A DNA stretch of 64,000 nt from Octopus sinensis (Eukaryota). The stretch spans positions 111,724,001-111,788,000 of the forward strand of contig NC_042998.1 of the NCBI RefSeq assembly GCF_006345805.1, given 5' to 3'. The position numbers were made by a program, and so were the translations under genes. Shown here piece by piece: positions 25,957-39,476 of this stretch. Under the pieces are notes generated by a model, which saw nothing but the letters and a program-made list of their open reading frames with translations, ran no database searches and was not told where the DNA came from. The first letter of the stretch is position 1, and each line of letters opens with the position of its first letter.

Positions 25957-26160
25957 AAATGGAACTTCAGTCCAGCATTTACTCCAATAAAACGATGGGA
26001 ATTTAATGGTTCTAACCCTCTCTCTGAACATCTCAAGGTTTGCTCTTATAATCAGGACCATTCTTTAACAGCAGAACCATTTTGTCTTGCACTAAATATT
26101 AATAGCAACCAATCGACAAAAGAAGAGGGGGAAACAGATACTTTATCCTGCCCTAATTGA
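25957..26160 (+). CDS. FBXO30/FBXO40-like F-box protein, terminal coding exon
   Basis: Polypyrimidine tract + AG at 25955-25956; reads KWNFSPAFTPIKRWEFNGSNPLSEHLKVCSYN...CPN* (TGA 26158-26160), matching the family C-terminal W.FS.AF..V..W.F.......HLK.C.YN motif; AATAAA at about 26204 and 26440. Confidence 0.9.
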   Translation, partial: KWNFSPAFTPIKRWEFNGSNPLSEHLKVCSYNQDHSLTAEPFCLALNINSNQSTKEEGETDTLSCPN

Positions 26161-26675
26161 CATTTTTAGAATTTTTGAAACTTTTTTTTTAACCAAAACC
26201 CAAAATAAAAACTACATAAGTTATACTGTCTGAACCTATCCCTTTTTTTCTAAAAAAAAAAAAACAACAATAATCAAACCAAATGGTTATTGTTATTACA
26301 AGAAATGGTTAAGTATTAAGGATGATTTAATTGACTACATATTTTCTCTTGTGCCTAAATTGCAACAGTAAGGCAGTGATGTGTCAGGAAGAGCAGGATG
26401 TCAAATGGGATTTAGTATTTTAGTTAATTCTATAATCCTAATAAAGTCATTTCCCCTCCCTCTACTCCCTCAGTTGTAATTCTGTCCATTTTTAAAACTA
26501 AAAGCTTAATCATTGTTAATGACTGGCTTGTTTCACATGTAGCCTATGGTATTTCTTCTATTAACCTTAAGCAATACGTACCAGTGCTTTTCCCTATCCT
26601 CACCAACCTTTTTAATCTCTCTCCCTCTCTCTCTCCCCCCTCCCCCTCTCCCCCCTCCCCCTCTCTCTTTCATGT

Positions 26676-28300
26676 ACATCATTATAATTTAATGTCTGTT
26701 GTCCATGCTGGCATGGGTTGGATGGTTTGACTGGGCTGGCACACTGGAAGGCTGCTCCAGACTCCAGTCTGATTTGGCATGGTTTTCTACAGCTGGATGC
26801 CCTTCCTAACATCAACCACTCTGAGAGTGTAATGGGTGCTTTTACATGCCACCAGCACAGGTGCCATTTGCATGACACCAGGGTACCTTTTGCATGACAC
26901 TGGTATCTGCCATGACTGCAATTTTTCTCAGCTTGATGGGTCTTCTTTTCAAGCACGGCATAATGCCAAAGGTCTTGGTTATTGCCTCTGTAAGGCCCAA
27001 CACTCAAAAGGAACTCAGCCACTTTGCCTTTGTGAGGCCCAATGCTTGAAAGGAATTCAGCCACTTTGCCTCTGTGAGGCCCAATGTTCAAATGATGTTC
27101 TTTACGTGCCATCAGCATGGGTGCATTTGGTTTGATGAGTCCTCTCAAGCACAGCACATTGCCAAAGGTCTTGGTTACCATTCATTGCCTCTGTGAGGCT
27201 CAAAGTTCAAGGTGAGAGTGGGCAGAATTGAGGGTACAAATAGGGGTTCACCAAGGATTGGTGCTCAGCCCTCACTTGTTCATCATAGCCATCCAGACAA
27301 TAACAGAGAAATTCAAGACAGGCTACACCTGGGAGCTCCTCTATGCTGTACAAGGCTTGTATGGCTCTCACCAACCACACATCTAGCCCTAGATTCTGCA
27401 TTGATCACCAGATAAGGAATTGGGGGACTCTGTCAAAAGCTTTCTCCAAGTCAACAAAAGCCAAGTACAGAGGTTTATCTTTGGCTTGGTTGCTTTACCA
27501 ATAATATTGCATCAGTGGTGCTTCTATCTGGCACAAAACCAAATTGCATCTCATCTAGACTAACTTTCTCTCTAATTAGTTGGGCCACGACTCTCTCTCT
27601 CTCTTTGTAACTTTCATCACCTGATCCAACAATTTGATACTTCTGTAATTATTTCTGTCTAAGACATCACTTTTATTTTTGTAGCAGTTGACTATGGTGC
27701 TGCTACATCGGTCATTGGGAATGACTCCTTCATGAACCACCTGATTTACAATATGGGTGACTAGACCATAACCCACACTGTCACATATTTTAAGCATCTC
27801 AGCAGTGATTCCTGATAGGCCAGGGGCTTTCCCTGTCTTCATATCCTTAATTGCTTTATCTTCCAGGGTACTGTTGATTTGGGTAGCTGGTCCCTCAATT
27901 GGGTCAATATTTGGCAGACTCTCCGCCTCTCATTCACTCTCCATGATCAGCAGTCTTTTATAATGGTATCTCCAAGCCTCTTTCTTTGCAGACTCATTAA
28001 AAGCAAGTGCACCATCATCCATGCGGGCACATTTCTCTCCTATGACATTACAATTCTCTTTCACACACTGTCTTGCATACGAAATACTTCAGTTCTTTGA
28101 TTCTCACGATGCTGAACATAGGCAAACTTCTTTTCTGCTTCTCTCTGGGCTAGATATACCTGTCTCTTATCTTCCCTTCTGGCTATCTGATACAGTTCCC
28201 TGCTGCCCCCATTCTTTCAGGCCAGTTTCTTTGCCCTAATGGCCCTGTCTACAGTATTGTTCCACCACCACGTTACCCTAGGTGTGGAAGAGACTTTGCA
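26676..28300 (-). mobile_element. RTE-clade LINE remnant (RT region + tail) with a small internal inversion
   Basis: Minus strand: MKTGKAPGLSGITAEMLK..IPNDRCSSTIVNCYK...NYRSIKLL and AFVDLEKAFDRVP; plus strand 27205-27348: GVHQGLVLSPHLFII...ELLYA. Confidence 0.85.
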
Positions 28301-28993
28301 CCAGCCACAGAGAGAAAGAGGGAGGAGGTGAGAGGAAGATGGTTTGGAAGGGATGAAGGTATGTAGGTCTTCTGGTGCAGAAGTGAAGCAGAGCCTTTTT
28401 TGGAGCTTTTGGTATAAGAGATTTCTGGCACAAGGGATTTCCAGTATTGGTGATAGGGGCAAGAAAGGGTGGGCGCATCGCAAACAAGAAATAGAAGAAA
28501 TGGCTAGCTTCACCACAAGAAAATCGAAATAGCAGCAAAGCAAAGAACGATAGAAACACATGAGAATTATGTGAAGTATTTAAAGGGATATGATTCTAGA
28601 AGTTATTAGGGAAAGTACAGTCATTTGACTGTGACCATGCTGGAACACCGCCTTTTAGTTGAATAAATTGACTCCAGGACTTATTCTTTGTAAGCCTAGT
28701 ACTTATTCTATCAGTCTCTTTGCTAAACTGCTAAGTTACGGGGACATAAACACACCAACATCGGTTGTCAAGCAATGGTGGGGGGACAAACACAGACACA
28801 CAAATACATATATATATAAATGAGTAACAAACAAAGAGGTATAGGTGTCAATTAATTAACTGCACACATGGCAGGTATATCAGGTACAAACACTCCTGCA
28901 TGAAGTCTTAATATTCAATTAATATTGTTTAGGTATGCTGATTATACTGACCTAGCAAGATGCCTCAATTTAGGTACCTAATCCAATGGAATC

Positions 28994-29034
<41 letters not shown>

Positions 29035-29042
29035 CATCACAT

Positions 29043-29925
29043 ATCATTATCATCATCATCGTTTATTGTCTGCTTTCCATGCTAGCATGGGTTGGACGAT
29101 TTGACTGAGGACTGGTGAACCAAATGGCTGCACCAAGCTCCAATCTTGATCTGGTAGAGTTTCTACAGCTGGATTTCCTTCCTAACACCAACTACATCCG
29201 AGAGTGTAGTGGGTACTTTTACATGCCACCGGCACGAGGGCTAGTTAGGCGGTACTGGCAACAGCCAGGCTCAAATGGTGTTTTTTTACATGCCACCTGC
29301 ACAAGAGCCAGTCCCAGCACTGACAACAACCTCGCTCAAATGTTTTTTTAACATGCCACTGGCACAAGTGCCAGTAAGGCGATGCTGGTAACTATCACGC
29401 TCGATTGGTGCTTCTTTTTACATGCCACTGGCACAGAATTCAGTTAGCTGCTCTGGCAATGATAACGCTCGGATTAGTGCTCCACTAGCACGGATGCCAG
29501 TCATCGAATTTGATTTTGATTTCACTTGCCTCAACAGGTCTTCGCAAGCAGAGTTTAGTGTCCAATGAAGCAAAGGTACGCATAAGGGGGCTGGTTACAC
29601 CCCTGGCATAGGCCATGAGGTTATGGTCTCATTTGGCTTGCTGGGTCTTCTCAAGCACAGCATATTTCCAAAAGTTTCAGTCACTAGTCATTGCCTCGGT
29701 GAGGCCTAATGTTCGAAGGTCGTGCTTCACCACTTCATCCCAGGTCTTCCTGGGTCTGCCTCTTCCACAGGTTCCCTCAACCGCTAGAGTGTGGCACTTT
29801 TTCACACAGCTATCCTCATCCATTCTCGCCACATGACCATATCAGCGCAGTTGTCTCTCTTGCACACTACATTTGATGCTTCTTAGTTCCAACTTTTCTC
29901 TCAAGGTACTTACACTCTGTCGAGT
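29043..29925 (-). mobile_element. RTE-clade LINE 3' fragment inserted into a SINE
   Basis: Reverse complement of the 5809-6752 element; lies between the two halves of a SINE (28617-28810 and 29950-30115). Confidence 0.85.
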
Positions 29926-30479
29926 ATATATATGGTATATATATATATATGTATGATGGGCTTCTTTCAGTTTTCATCTACCAAATCCACTCAGAAGGCT
30001 TTGGTCAGCACAAGGCTATAGTAAAAGACACTTGCCCAAGGTACCATGCAGTGGGACTGATCATGGATCCATGTGGTTGGAAGTAAGCCTCTTATCACAC
30101 AGCCACTCCTGCACCTATATATATATATATAATAAGAAAATTTAGAAAACCTCAGATTAACAAACACATCGATTGGACTACATTTGTAGCTTATTTTTCA
30201 ATACAAAGCATGACATAACAAAACAGGTTATGTAACATATCTTAGGGCTATTTCCGATCGGTTACCAAAATGCTGTCTATAAATAAGTGCAAGAATAAAG
30301 TTCTACATCTTCATCAGGTATTCAAATTAAGGCAACAGAGCTTCATCAGAATAAAAACAAGACCATACAATATAAACAAAGGGAAGAAAGAAAGGAAAAA
30401 ATAAACATGTCCTAGACAAAAAATCTAGAGACTCAATATGTTAAAAGCATATAATTTACCATCAACAGGGTAGTAAAGA

Positions 30480-30480
30480 C

Positions 30481-30528
<48 letters not shown>

Positions 30529-30985
30529 CATATATGTATGTATGTATATGTATGTATGTATATGTATGTATGTGTATAGATATATATGAATATATATGTG
30601 TGTTTATATATACATGTATGTATTTATACACATATATATGTATAAATACATATGAATATATATGTATTTATATATGTATATACATATATGTATGTATAAA
30701 TACATATGTATATATACATATATATATTTATGTATACATGTATGTGTATATATATATATATATATATATTTATGTATATATATATATATTTATGTATATA
30801 TAATTAGTTATGTATTTATGTATATATAATTAGTTATGTATATATATATATATTTATTTATGTATATATATGTATTTATGTATATATATATATATATATA
30901 TATTTATGTATATATATATATTTATGTATACATATGTATGTGTGTATATATATGCACGTATGTATATATATACATATAAATGTAT
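30480..30985. repeat. Complex (TA)n/(TATG)n microsatellite
   Basis: Directly visible; similar tracts at 3925-4216, 6756-7015, 44250-44340, 46765-46870 and 56490-56760. Confidence 0.95.
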
Positions 30986-31089
30986 ATGATGTGTTGTGAA
31001 TTTATGGAAAGAAATCCCATAAAACTCAACAATTTTGTTAAAAATGGAGAAGAGAAGATATTAAAATATCTAAGAGAATTTTAATTCAT

Positions 31090-31195
31090 GCAGATGATCA
31101 TTTCGTGCAGAGATATAAAAATCATGCAAATTCATGGTTGAATTGAACTAATTAAATTAATTAATTAATTACATCTCACTGTACTCTTCAGTGCA
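31090..31195 (-). ncRNA. Type I hammerhead motif with long stem II
   Basis: Minus strand: tgca CTGAAGA gtacagtgagatgta...tatatctctgcac GAAA tgatc ATC tgca; stem I tgca/tgca, palindromic stem III atgatcat, AUC cleavage triplet. Confidence 0.65.
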
Positions 31196-32052
31196 AGAAG
31201 CATAAACAAAGTTTTTTCAAAGGACTTGAGAAGTTAAATAGCAGAATAGAATCTAGGAGATTCATATTTATCTTTATGAGAAGAAAAGATATGCAAACCC
31301 AGTTAGGTATTAACTATAACTAAAGGCTATAACAGTTATTTGAAAATATAAGTAAAAGAAGTTTTAGGGACTTTGCCTATATAGAGTTGGCAGTTGGAGA
31401 CGGATCTTTTATCATGTTAAAGTAGTGATAGAAAAAAAAAGCCATCTTATCTCCTTATGCTAGAAATAAGACATCTACCAGTCTCCAACCATATTATAAA
31501 TAAAAAATTCAAGCTTGAATGCCACTCACCATATTGGTATATACTGTTGCTTCTACTAACCAACCTCAAAGAAGCCCCACCCCTGATGTTGATGAAAAGG
31601 ACAAATGTTATCAACAAGATGAGCAGCTATGTAACCAGTTGGATACCCAACCACATTACTATCTATATGCTTTAGAATAAAGCAGAACTTTCTGCTGATA
31701 CCGATCAAAATAAACATCACTACCTATATGACTAATCAAAGCATCCAACACCTTCATATACTCTAACTACCATTTTATTTCATTATTTTAAACCCAGCAA
31801 TGTGTGCAGTTGACTAATACTAACCCCACAGAGATAAAACAATCTTGTTCATCAACAGAAAATATTTGTCTATCTATTTATCTGTCTGTCTAAAAGTTTA
31901 TCTATCTGTCTATCATCATCATCATCATCATCGTCATTTAACGTCCGCTTTCCCATGCTGGCATGGGTTGGACAGTTTGCCTGAGGACTGGCAAGCCAGG
32001 AAGCTGCATCAGACTCCAATCTGATCTGGCAAAGTTTCTCTAAAAGTTTATC

Positions 32053-32083
<31 letters not shown>

Positions 32084-32525
32084 CTAATAATCTATCTATC
32101 TATCTAATAATCTATCTATCTATCTATCTATCTAATAATCTATCTATCTAATAATATATCTATCTGTCTAAATATTTGTCTGTCTGTCTGTCTGGCTAGC
32201 TATCTATCCACACACACATACACAAATATGATGATGATCATTATTTAACGTCCATGTTCCATGCTGGCATGGGCTGGACTGTTTGACAGGATCTGGTTTA
32301 GCCAGATGGCTGTGTTGGTCTCCATTGTCTACTTTGGCAAGGTTTCTACTGCTGGAGGCCCTCACTAATACCAACCATTTTACAGAGTGTACTGAGTGCT
32401 TCATTTACTGGCCCCATATATGTATATATATGACCCATCCAAGCCATTCCAGCATGGAATTCTGATGTAATATGATTATGGTGATATCATGAATTCTGGA
32501 CTCTCTCTTTGAGAACTATATGATT

Positions 32526-32643
32526 CATTATTTACATTTGATGGATATTTGTCCTCATTTTGTTTGTTGTTAACATGTTTTGGCTTCATCAGGTGTCTTG
32601 GGGAAATTTGAATAAGGGTTATCATTCCTAAGGTATTTTGCGA

Positions 32644-32693
<50 letters not shown>

Positions 32694-32837
32694 TCACTGC
32701 CTGGAATCGAACTCGGAATCTTGGGGTTAATAGCCTGCACTCTTAACCACTATGCCATATGCCCATGGGCAAATGGCGTAGTAGTTAAGAGCATGGGCTA
32801 CTAACCCCAAGATTCCAAGTTCCATTCCAAGCAGTGA

Positions 32838-32872
<35 letters not shown>

Positions 32873-33037
32873 TCGAAAAATACCTTAGGAATGAGAACCC
32901 AAGTTTGAAATTTCCCCAAGACACCTGATGAAGGCTTGAGGGTATATCAGCCGAAACGTGTTAACAACAAACAAGATGAGGATAAATATCCGTCAAATGT
33001 AAATAATATAAATAATGTACTTAATTCCTCATCTCTT
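32526..33037. mobile_element. Palindromic (head-to-head) tRNA-head + hammerhead element, copy 2
   Basis: Centre gccca|tgggc at 32765/32766; arms homologous to copy 1; right arm acacCTGATGAaggct...agccGAAAc; left arm has lost most of stem II. Confidence 0.85.
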
Positions 33038-35084
33038 GTATTAAGAATATGATTGCCCACCAGAACACTTCTACATTGAAATAATGTGCAAAGTGGTTGA
33101 GTATTCCACAAAGACATATGCTGGAACTTTGAATTACTGGTACAGTTCATCCCACAGGCTTCTATAATTTCCATTGATTCAGAATCTTAGGTCAACCCAA
33201 AGCTTTGGTAAAAGACAGTTGGTCAAGATACCACACAGTCATTGAACTCATTACCTTAGAATGTCAAATAACCTTCTTAACCTTCTCTCTTTCTTAGTCT
33301 CCACACACACTCAAACACACTTGTGTGAATGTTTATTTTGATAATGGCCCATACAAGATTAGTCATATTTCCTTCATTTTTTTTTATTTGTCAGAGTGTA
33401 CTCAGACAAAATCTAAATTGAATTAAACGTGATTAATCTTGTAAAGTGACATCATCTGAATAAGCATATATTTCCATTCTACTTTATCTTATTGAGTTCT
33501 TTACGTTAAATTGTGTCTCTTCAAGTTTTTCAAGCATTGTTTCAGCATAGCTTTGTAAAACCATTATATATATAAATATATATATATATATAATGCATGA
33601 GTGTTAATGGATTGTTAGTTGTTTTATTTAATTCCAAATGAATCTCAGTCAAAGGCATTCTCAGTTTGGTAAAGTAATTAGCAGTTTAAGTGCAAGGCTT
33701 GACATAATTCTATTTCTGAAGGATGATATCCAAGCATGGCCCACAGTCCAATGATTGAAATTAGATTTAATAGACAAATTAAGTGATTTTGATATTTGTC
33801 AGACGATATGCAGGGATGGGCTTAAGTAGTTGCTTAATATGAGTGGAATGTTCTTTTAGCTTCTATTTCTCTTTTTTAAACCTATGCAATTCAGGATTCA
33901 ACAAAGGGATCTGCAGGGGATGCCTAGTTCATTGGAAGCCCTCTTTTTTGATTTCTTGGAATTTTGGTTTGATTGCATGACCCATGCAACTGTTTACTTA
34001 CTTTTGCCCACACTTGTATATAACGGTATATTTCTTTATTTTAGTTTACACTTTGATATATCTGTTTTTAATCTTATGATTATTACAACTGTAAACTGGT
34101 CATTAATAATGAAATATATTTAATTCTATTCCCTGAAGTATTGGGTTTACAACAGTAGATATTTCTAAATTCTTTGTGGAAATAGTTAACTCCTACCTTC
34201 ACAGTTCCTTTCTGTGTATCTGGAAGGGTGTCTACCTAAAATATGTTTACCCCCAAGTCAACCCTCAATTAAGAGTCATATGATCAAATAAACATATTAA
34301 TTATGAGCATCCCATTCCAGCTTGGGATCAGTTTCAAACACCATGCATCTAAGACTGTTTTATCCAATGTGTCCTGCCCCTTTTAAGATGGTAGTGTATA
34401 ATTTAAGAGAAATTTGGTTGCTGCTTGTACCAGGCAGAGCAATGCATAGAAGCTCTTGTTTAGCCCCAGCTCGTCTCTGAACGAAATAGATCTAGGATCA
34501 AAGAGACCCCTGCCTTGATCATAACCAAGGAACACACAACTGCATTATTGAAAATTTTTTTTTTAAGATAGTAGATTGTAAGTTGAGCTACATTTGACTA
34601 TTATTTTTTGCAGGCCACATGACTACATAGGAACACCCACCATTGGCTTGTTGGCTCAGCATATGATAGTATGGCATGAAGTAAAATAGTCCTAATCTAA
34701 TTCCTGTTGTGACACATCATCACTCCTTTACCACGGTGTTAACATCTAACATTATAACTAGAAATACAATTTGCTTTAAATTTGCGAAAAAACCCATCCT
34801 GTTACTAATTAAAAGGATTGCAGTGTTAGAATGTGATTCGCTTCCGATCTTCCATTCAAGGGACACAACTCTGTCACCTACTGGAATTTGAATTCTTAGT
34901 GGTCTACACATTACATCTATATATATATCCCCAGTGCGAAAAGTAGAAAAACGGAAAACACGCTTTTTTCACACACAGGCTTGTGCAAATCATATATTTC
35001 ACTATAACACATAGCTTACTATCTATCTAAATAACAATGACGTGTGATCAATTTTATGGCACTTTGCTATGTATACTGCATATA

Positions 35085-35981
35085 TTGGGTCGTCCCATAA
35101 GTAATGTGGTTTTTTCAATTGCATGATCTAAAAGACGGAGGGGGACGGAATAAACTACCTGATTAAATTTTCTATAAAAGCAGGTAGTAATTTTATCTTG
35201 TCCTTATTCTTCGTGCAAGTTTTGAAGGATGCAGTTCGATTTTAACAGTTATTTTTGCAAAGCTAAAATGGAAGTAACAAAGGAGCATATTTGGCATATT
35301 TTGCTTTATGAGTTCAATAAATGTGACAATACAACAGAAAGTGCAAGGAATATTAATGAAGTATATGGGGATCAGACAATAAGTGTAAGCCAATGTTAAC
35401 GGGGGTTCCAGAAATTCTGAGCCAGAAACTACAGCCCAGAAGACAAGCCTTGTCCTGGAAGATCTGTTCAGCTTGATGAGGACATCCTGCAAACTCTGGT
35501 GGAACAAAATCCTATGATAACTGTTGAATTAGCAGAGAAGCATGGATTTCGTCATTCAACAAGTCATTCAAGTCAGGACTAGAAGAAAAACGACCATCTT
35601 TGGTTTCAAGATGAAAGTTGTTCTTCCATCAGGATAATGCTTGGTTACACACAGCAAGGATGACATTCCAAAGGCTGGAGCAGTTTGAATGTGAAACGAT
35701 GACCCACCCACCATTGCCCCCATCCGATTATCATATATTCCACAGTTTTCAAAATCATTTGGATGAAGAAAATATGAATTCTGTAGATGAGGTCAGAACA
35801 GTACTGGAGGAGTATTTTACGTGAATTTTGGAAGTAGGTCCTTGCAAATCTACCAAGCTAGATCGAAGAGCATTGTAGACAATGAAGGGGAGTATATTTT
35901 AGATTTAAAAAAGAACTTTGTTTATCTTAATTTTGAAAAAAAAATCATTAAAAAAACTGCATTATTTATGGGATGACCTTA
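35085..35981 (+). mobile_element. Tc1/mariner (mariner) transposon, internally deleted, transposase pseudogenised
   Basis: TA-flanked TIRs ttgggtcgtcccataagtaatgtggtttttt / aaaaaactgcattatttatgggatgacctta; MEVTKEHIWHILLYEF...RNINEVYG...PGRS with stops, and FHQDNA..H...PSDYHIF. Confidence 0.9.
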
Positions 35982-38900
35982 TAATTTTACACATATCATA
36001 TACTTATATATTTTTTTATATTTTGGTAGTGACATGTAAGGTGGAGATGCCTAAAACTTACCATACAGTGTTTTATGAATAAACAAAAAGAGCAGATAAT
36101 AATTTTTAAATAATGCCTATTGCTTCAGTTGAAACCTAGGAAATATTTATAAAATGATGTGTTGAAGATTTTGTTTTAAATTATATTCTGTTTGTTTTAC
36201 TAATAAAACCAAGAAATATCTAATCTTTCTAAGGCAACTTTTCTTATTTTTGTGGTTTTATTTATGTAATTTTTTTCTCCATATTATGTTTTTCTTAATC
36301 TCTGTAATTTCTGTAAATAAGCATATATTTATATATTTTTCACATGACCACCAGCATCCTATTTTTTAATTATCATATATAATTATGCTAGATTGTGATG
36401 TTTTTCAAATATTGTCACAGATAAACACAATTAAAATGCTATGTAGCAGGGAAAAATTATTTAAAAAAATAAAGTATTTTTTACATCTGAATTCTTTATA
36501 TGTGTTGTGTTTCCTTAAAAAAGCATATACACTCATCAAGCTGAGCAAAATCGGAGTCTTGGTAGATACTAGTGTCATGAAAATGGCACCCATGCCGGTG
36601 GCACATAAAAACACCTATTACACTCTCGGAGTATTGGCATTAAGAAGAGCATCCAGCTGTAGAAAACCATGCCAAGTCCGACTGGAGTCTGGTGCAGCCT
36701 TCCAGCTTACCAGTCCTGGTCAAACCATCCATTGACTGTCTGTTGTCTATGCCAGCATGGACAACAGACATTGAATGATGATGATGATGATTAGTCCATA
36801 AAGTAAGTAAATAATAATGATGATATTAATAATGGTATCTCAAAAATGTAGATGTTTAAAACATTTGGTTATTTTGATGCATCTACATCAATGGTTCCAG
36901 CCTTTGATCATGATCCATTTTGGCAAAAGTGGCACTGACTGGCTTCCGTTACATGCCACCAGCACAGAAGCCAGTCAGTGCCGCTTTGACTGGCTTCCAT
37001 GCCGGTGGCACATAAAAAGCACCATCTGATCGTGGTCGATGCCAGCTCCTCTGGCCCCTGTGCTGGTGGCACATAAAAAGCACCCACTACACTCTCTGAG
37101 TGGTTTGGAGTTAGGAATGGTATCCAGCTGTAGAAACACTGCCAGATCACATTGCGGCTTGGTGCAACTTCCTGGCTTCCCAGACCCCAGTTGAACTGTC
37201 TAACCCATGCCAGCATGGAAAATGGATGTTAAACGATGATGATGATGATGATGAATTCTTTATGACACTTGTGACAGGTTATTTTGGGGTTTTTTTTTTG
37301 GTTTTTTAAATAGAAAAAATCCAAAAGTTTAATTTACTTTGGGAAATATTCTTCAGTTTTTATTGGCAGTAAATGTAGAGCTTATTGTATAACATTCCTA
37401 AACACCTTACATGTTATCAAATATTTTAAAAGTAAGATTTCATTTTCAGCTTTTTTTCAAATTCTACCACGATCAATCTGTTGGAGGCCACTATTTTACT
37501 CCATGACAATCTTGCTTTCTGCCTGACATTTGACTGACTTATCTTTCTCTTCTTGTTAGCTCGTACAAAAAGCCTTAACCTTTAGCACACTGTAGGTGCA
37601 TCATGTCACCATATGAGTTTTATCCCCTGTAGTAACAGGGCAGTGGCAGGGAAACAATTGTAGAGAAAATGCAGTGTGTTAAAGGTTTAAATAGACCATT
37701 TGATAGGAACGGCATCAGTCAGTGGAGTTGCAAACAAAACAAAGACTTTGGATCACCTATTTACAACAGAACTATTATCAATATTAATTGTATCTAGAAG
37801 GTGGCAAATAGGCAGAATCATTAGCATGCCAGGCAAAATGCTTAGCAGCATTTTGTCCGTCTTTATGTTTTGAGTTCAAATTCCATCAAGGTTGATTTTG
37901 CCTTTCATCCTTTCAGAGTCAATAAATAAGCACCAATTGAGTACTGGGGTTGATATAATTGACTTACTACCTCCCCTGAAATTCCTGGCCTTGCACCAAA
38001 ATTTGAAATCAATATTAATTGTATCTCTTAGTCTTACATATCTTACTGATTACATTTTGCCTGTTTCACTATATCTCATACATTAATCTTGATTTTCAAA
38101 TATTCAAGGTTAAATGTAGTCAAGCATAAATAGTTTAAATTGCTTCTGCTGTCTTAAAAAAGCTGCAGGCACTATCAGTAATATATAATTGTTACCAACA
38201 AAAGTAAACTCCTTAAACTTTCTACCCTATCATTATTCTATCATCCTTTACTGCTAATAAGGTTACCTAAGTGACAAACTATTTACTATTTCTTGGGAAC
38301 GTTCTGGGCATTTGAGAGAATGTATTTCCATAGTGTTTATTGCTCCTGTGTTCAAAGACTACTTTCTCTGTTAATTTTCTTGTGATTCCATTGCACCTCT
38401 TCTGTTTCTAGAGCTTGCACTAGGTGCACCATGTACAATTTCTACTTACATCTTTCCCACATACTGAGCAAGGCAATGTTTTTTTTTTTTTTTTTGCTTA
38501 AATTAACTTTAAGGCCCTTTGATTCCAGGTTTTGTTTCTACACTTGAAATTTCTTTACTAATTCTTTTACTGATTCCTCTATAAGAACAAAACAATCAGT
38601 ATGTAGTAGTTCCCAAGTGCAACCAGTCTTAAGTTCATCTATAATGGCTTGGATGAGTAGGTGGACACAGAACTGAGCCCTAGTGAACACTAAATGCTAT
38701 TTATTGTGGGTAAAAATGTCCATATTTTATGACGAATAAGTTTAAAATGCATGTTGATGGGTTTGAACCAATACTGACAGAGTAGGTCAAAGTGTTGTGC
38801 ACTTGCTGGAAAATAAGAAGATCCAGTAAACTTCATGAGATGTCAACTTAGTGCAGCCTTTCATATTTCTGTCTCCAAGCTAATGTTCTTTACCAGAAAT

Positions 38901-39476
38901 CCCATCTGCAAAAATAGATTCAGCATGTTTGAAGTTTACCATTTCTATGCAGCTCAAGTTCAACAAATAGTTGATGCTTCACCCTGATTAACCATCTGCA
39001 TGACCAAAGGCGTTGAAACCATCACTATCCTCTCTTTCATTTCAGAAATTACATATCAAGAATTACATTATCTGAGGTGGCTCTCTCTTAAGGTAATAAG
39101 TTAGGATTTGGCTGTTATTTCTAGGAAGTTGATTGTCCATGTAAGTTCCTTCATTAGTTTGCTCAGCAAAAGATGATTCTCAACCTTTTCTTTGTTGTTT
39201 AACCACTTGGTTTGATGAGTTTTGCTTTTTGTGCTACCAGTTACCTCCTTTGCTCCCTCGAGCAACTTCCTTTGACAGCCATTCCTCATTCACAATATCA
39301 TTCCTTCGTACTTGATTTTTCACTGACTACTCCTTTCTGTGCTTCAGGTACCTTCCTCTGTTCTTGAGTTACTGCTGAAACAGTTGCCAAATCTCACTCT
39401 AATCACATGCATTTCATAATGTAGTCCAATAAATAACTCAAACATTTTGGAATGCCTGATGTGAATTTGTGTAGGA

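Noticed and set aside
28300-28560. Possible additional PLE endonuclease tail on the minus strand
   Set aside because: Resemblance (RNLLYQKLQKRLCFTSAPEDL) is too weak to call without a search.
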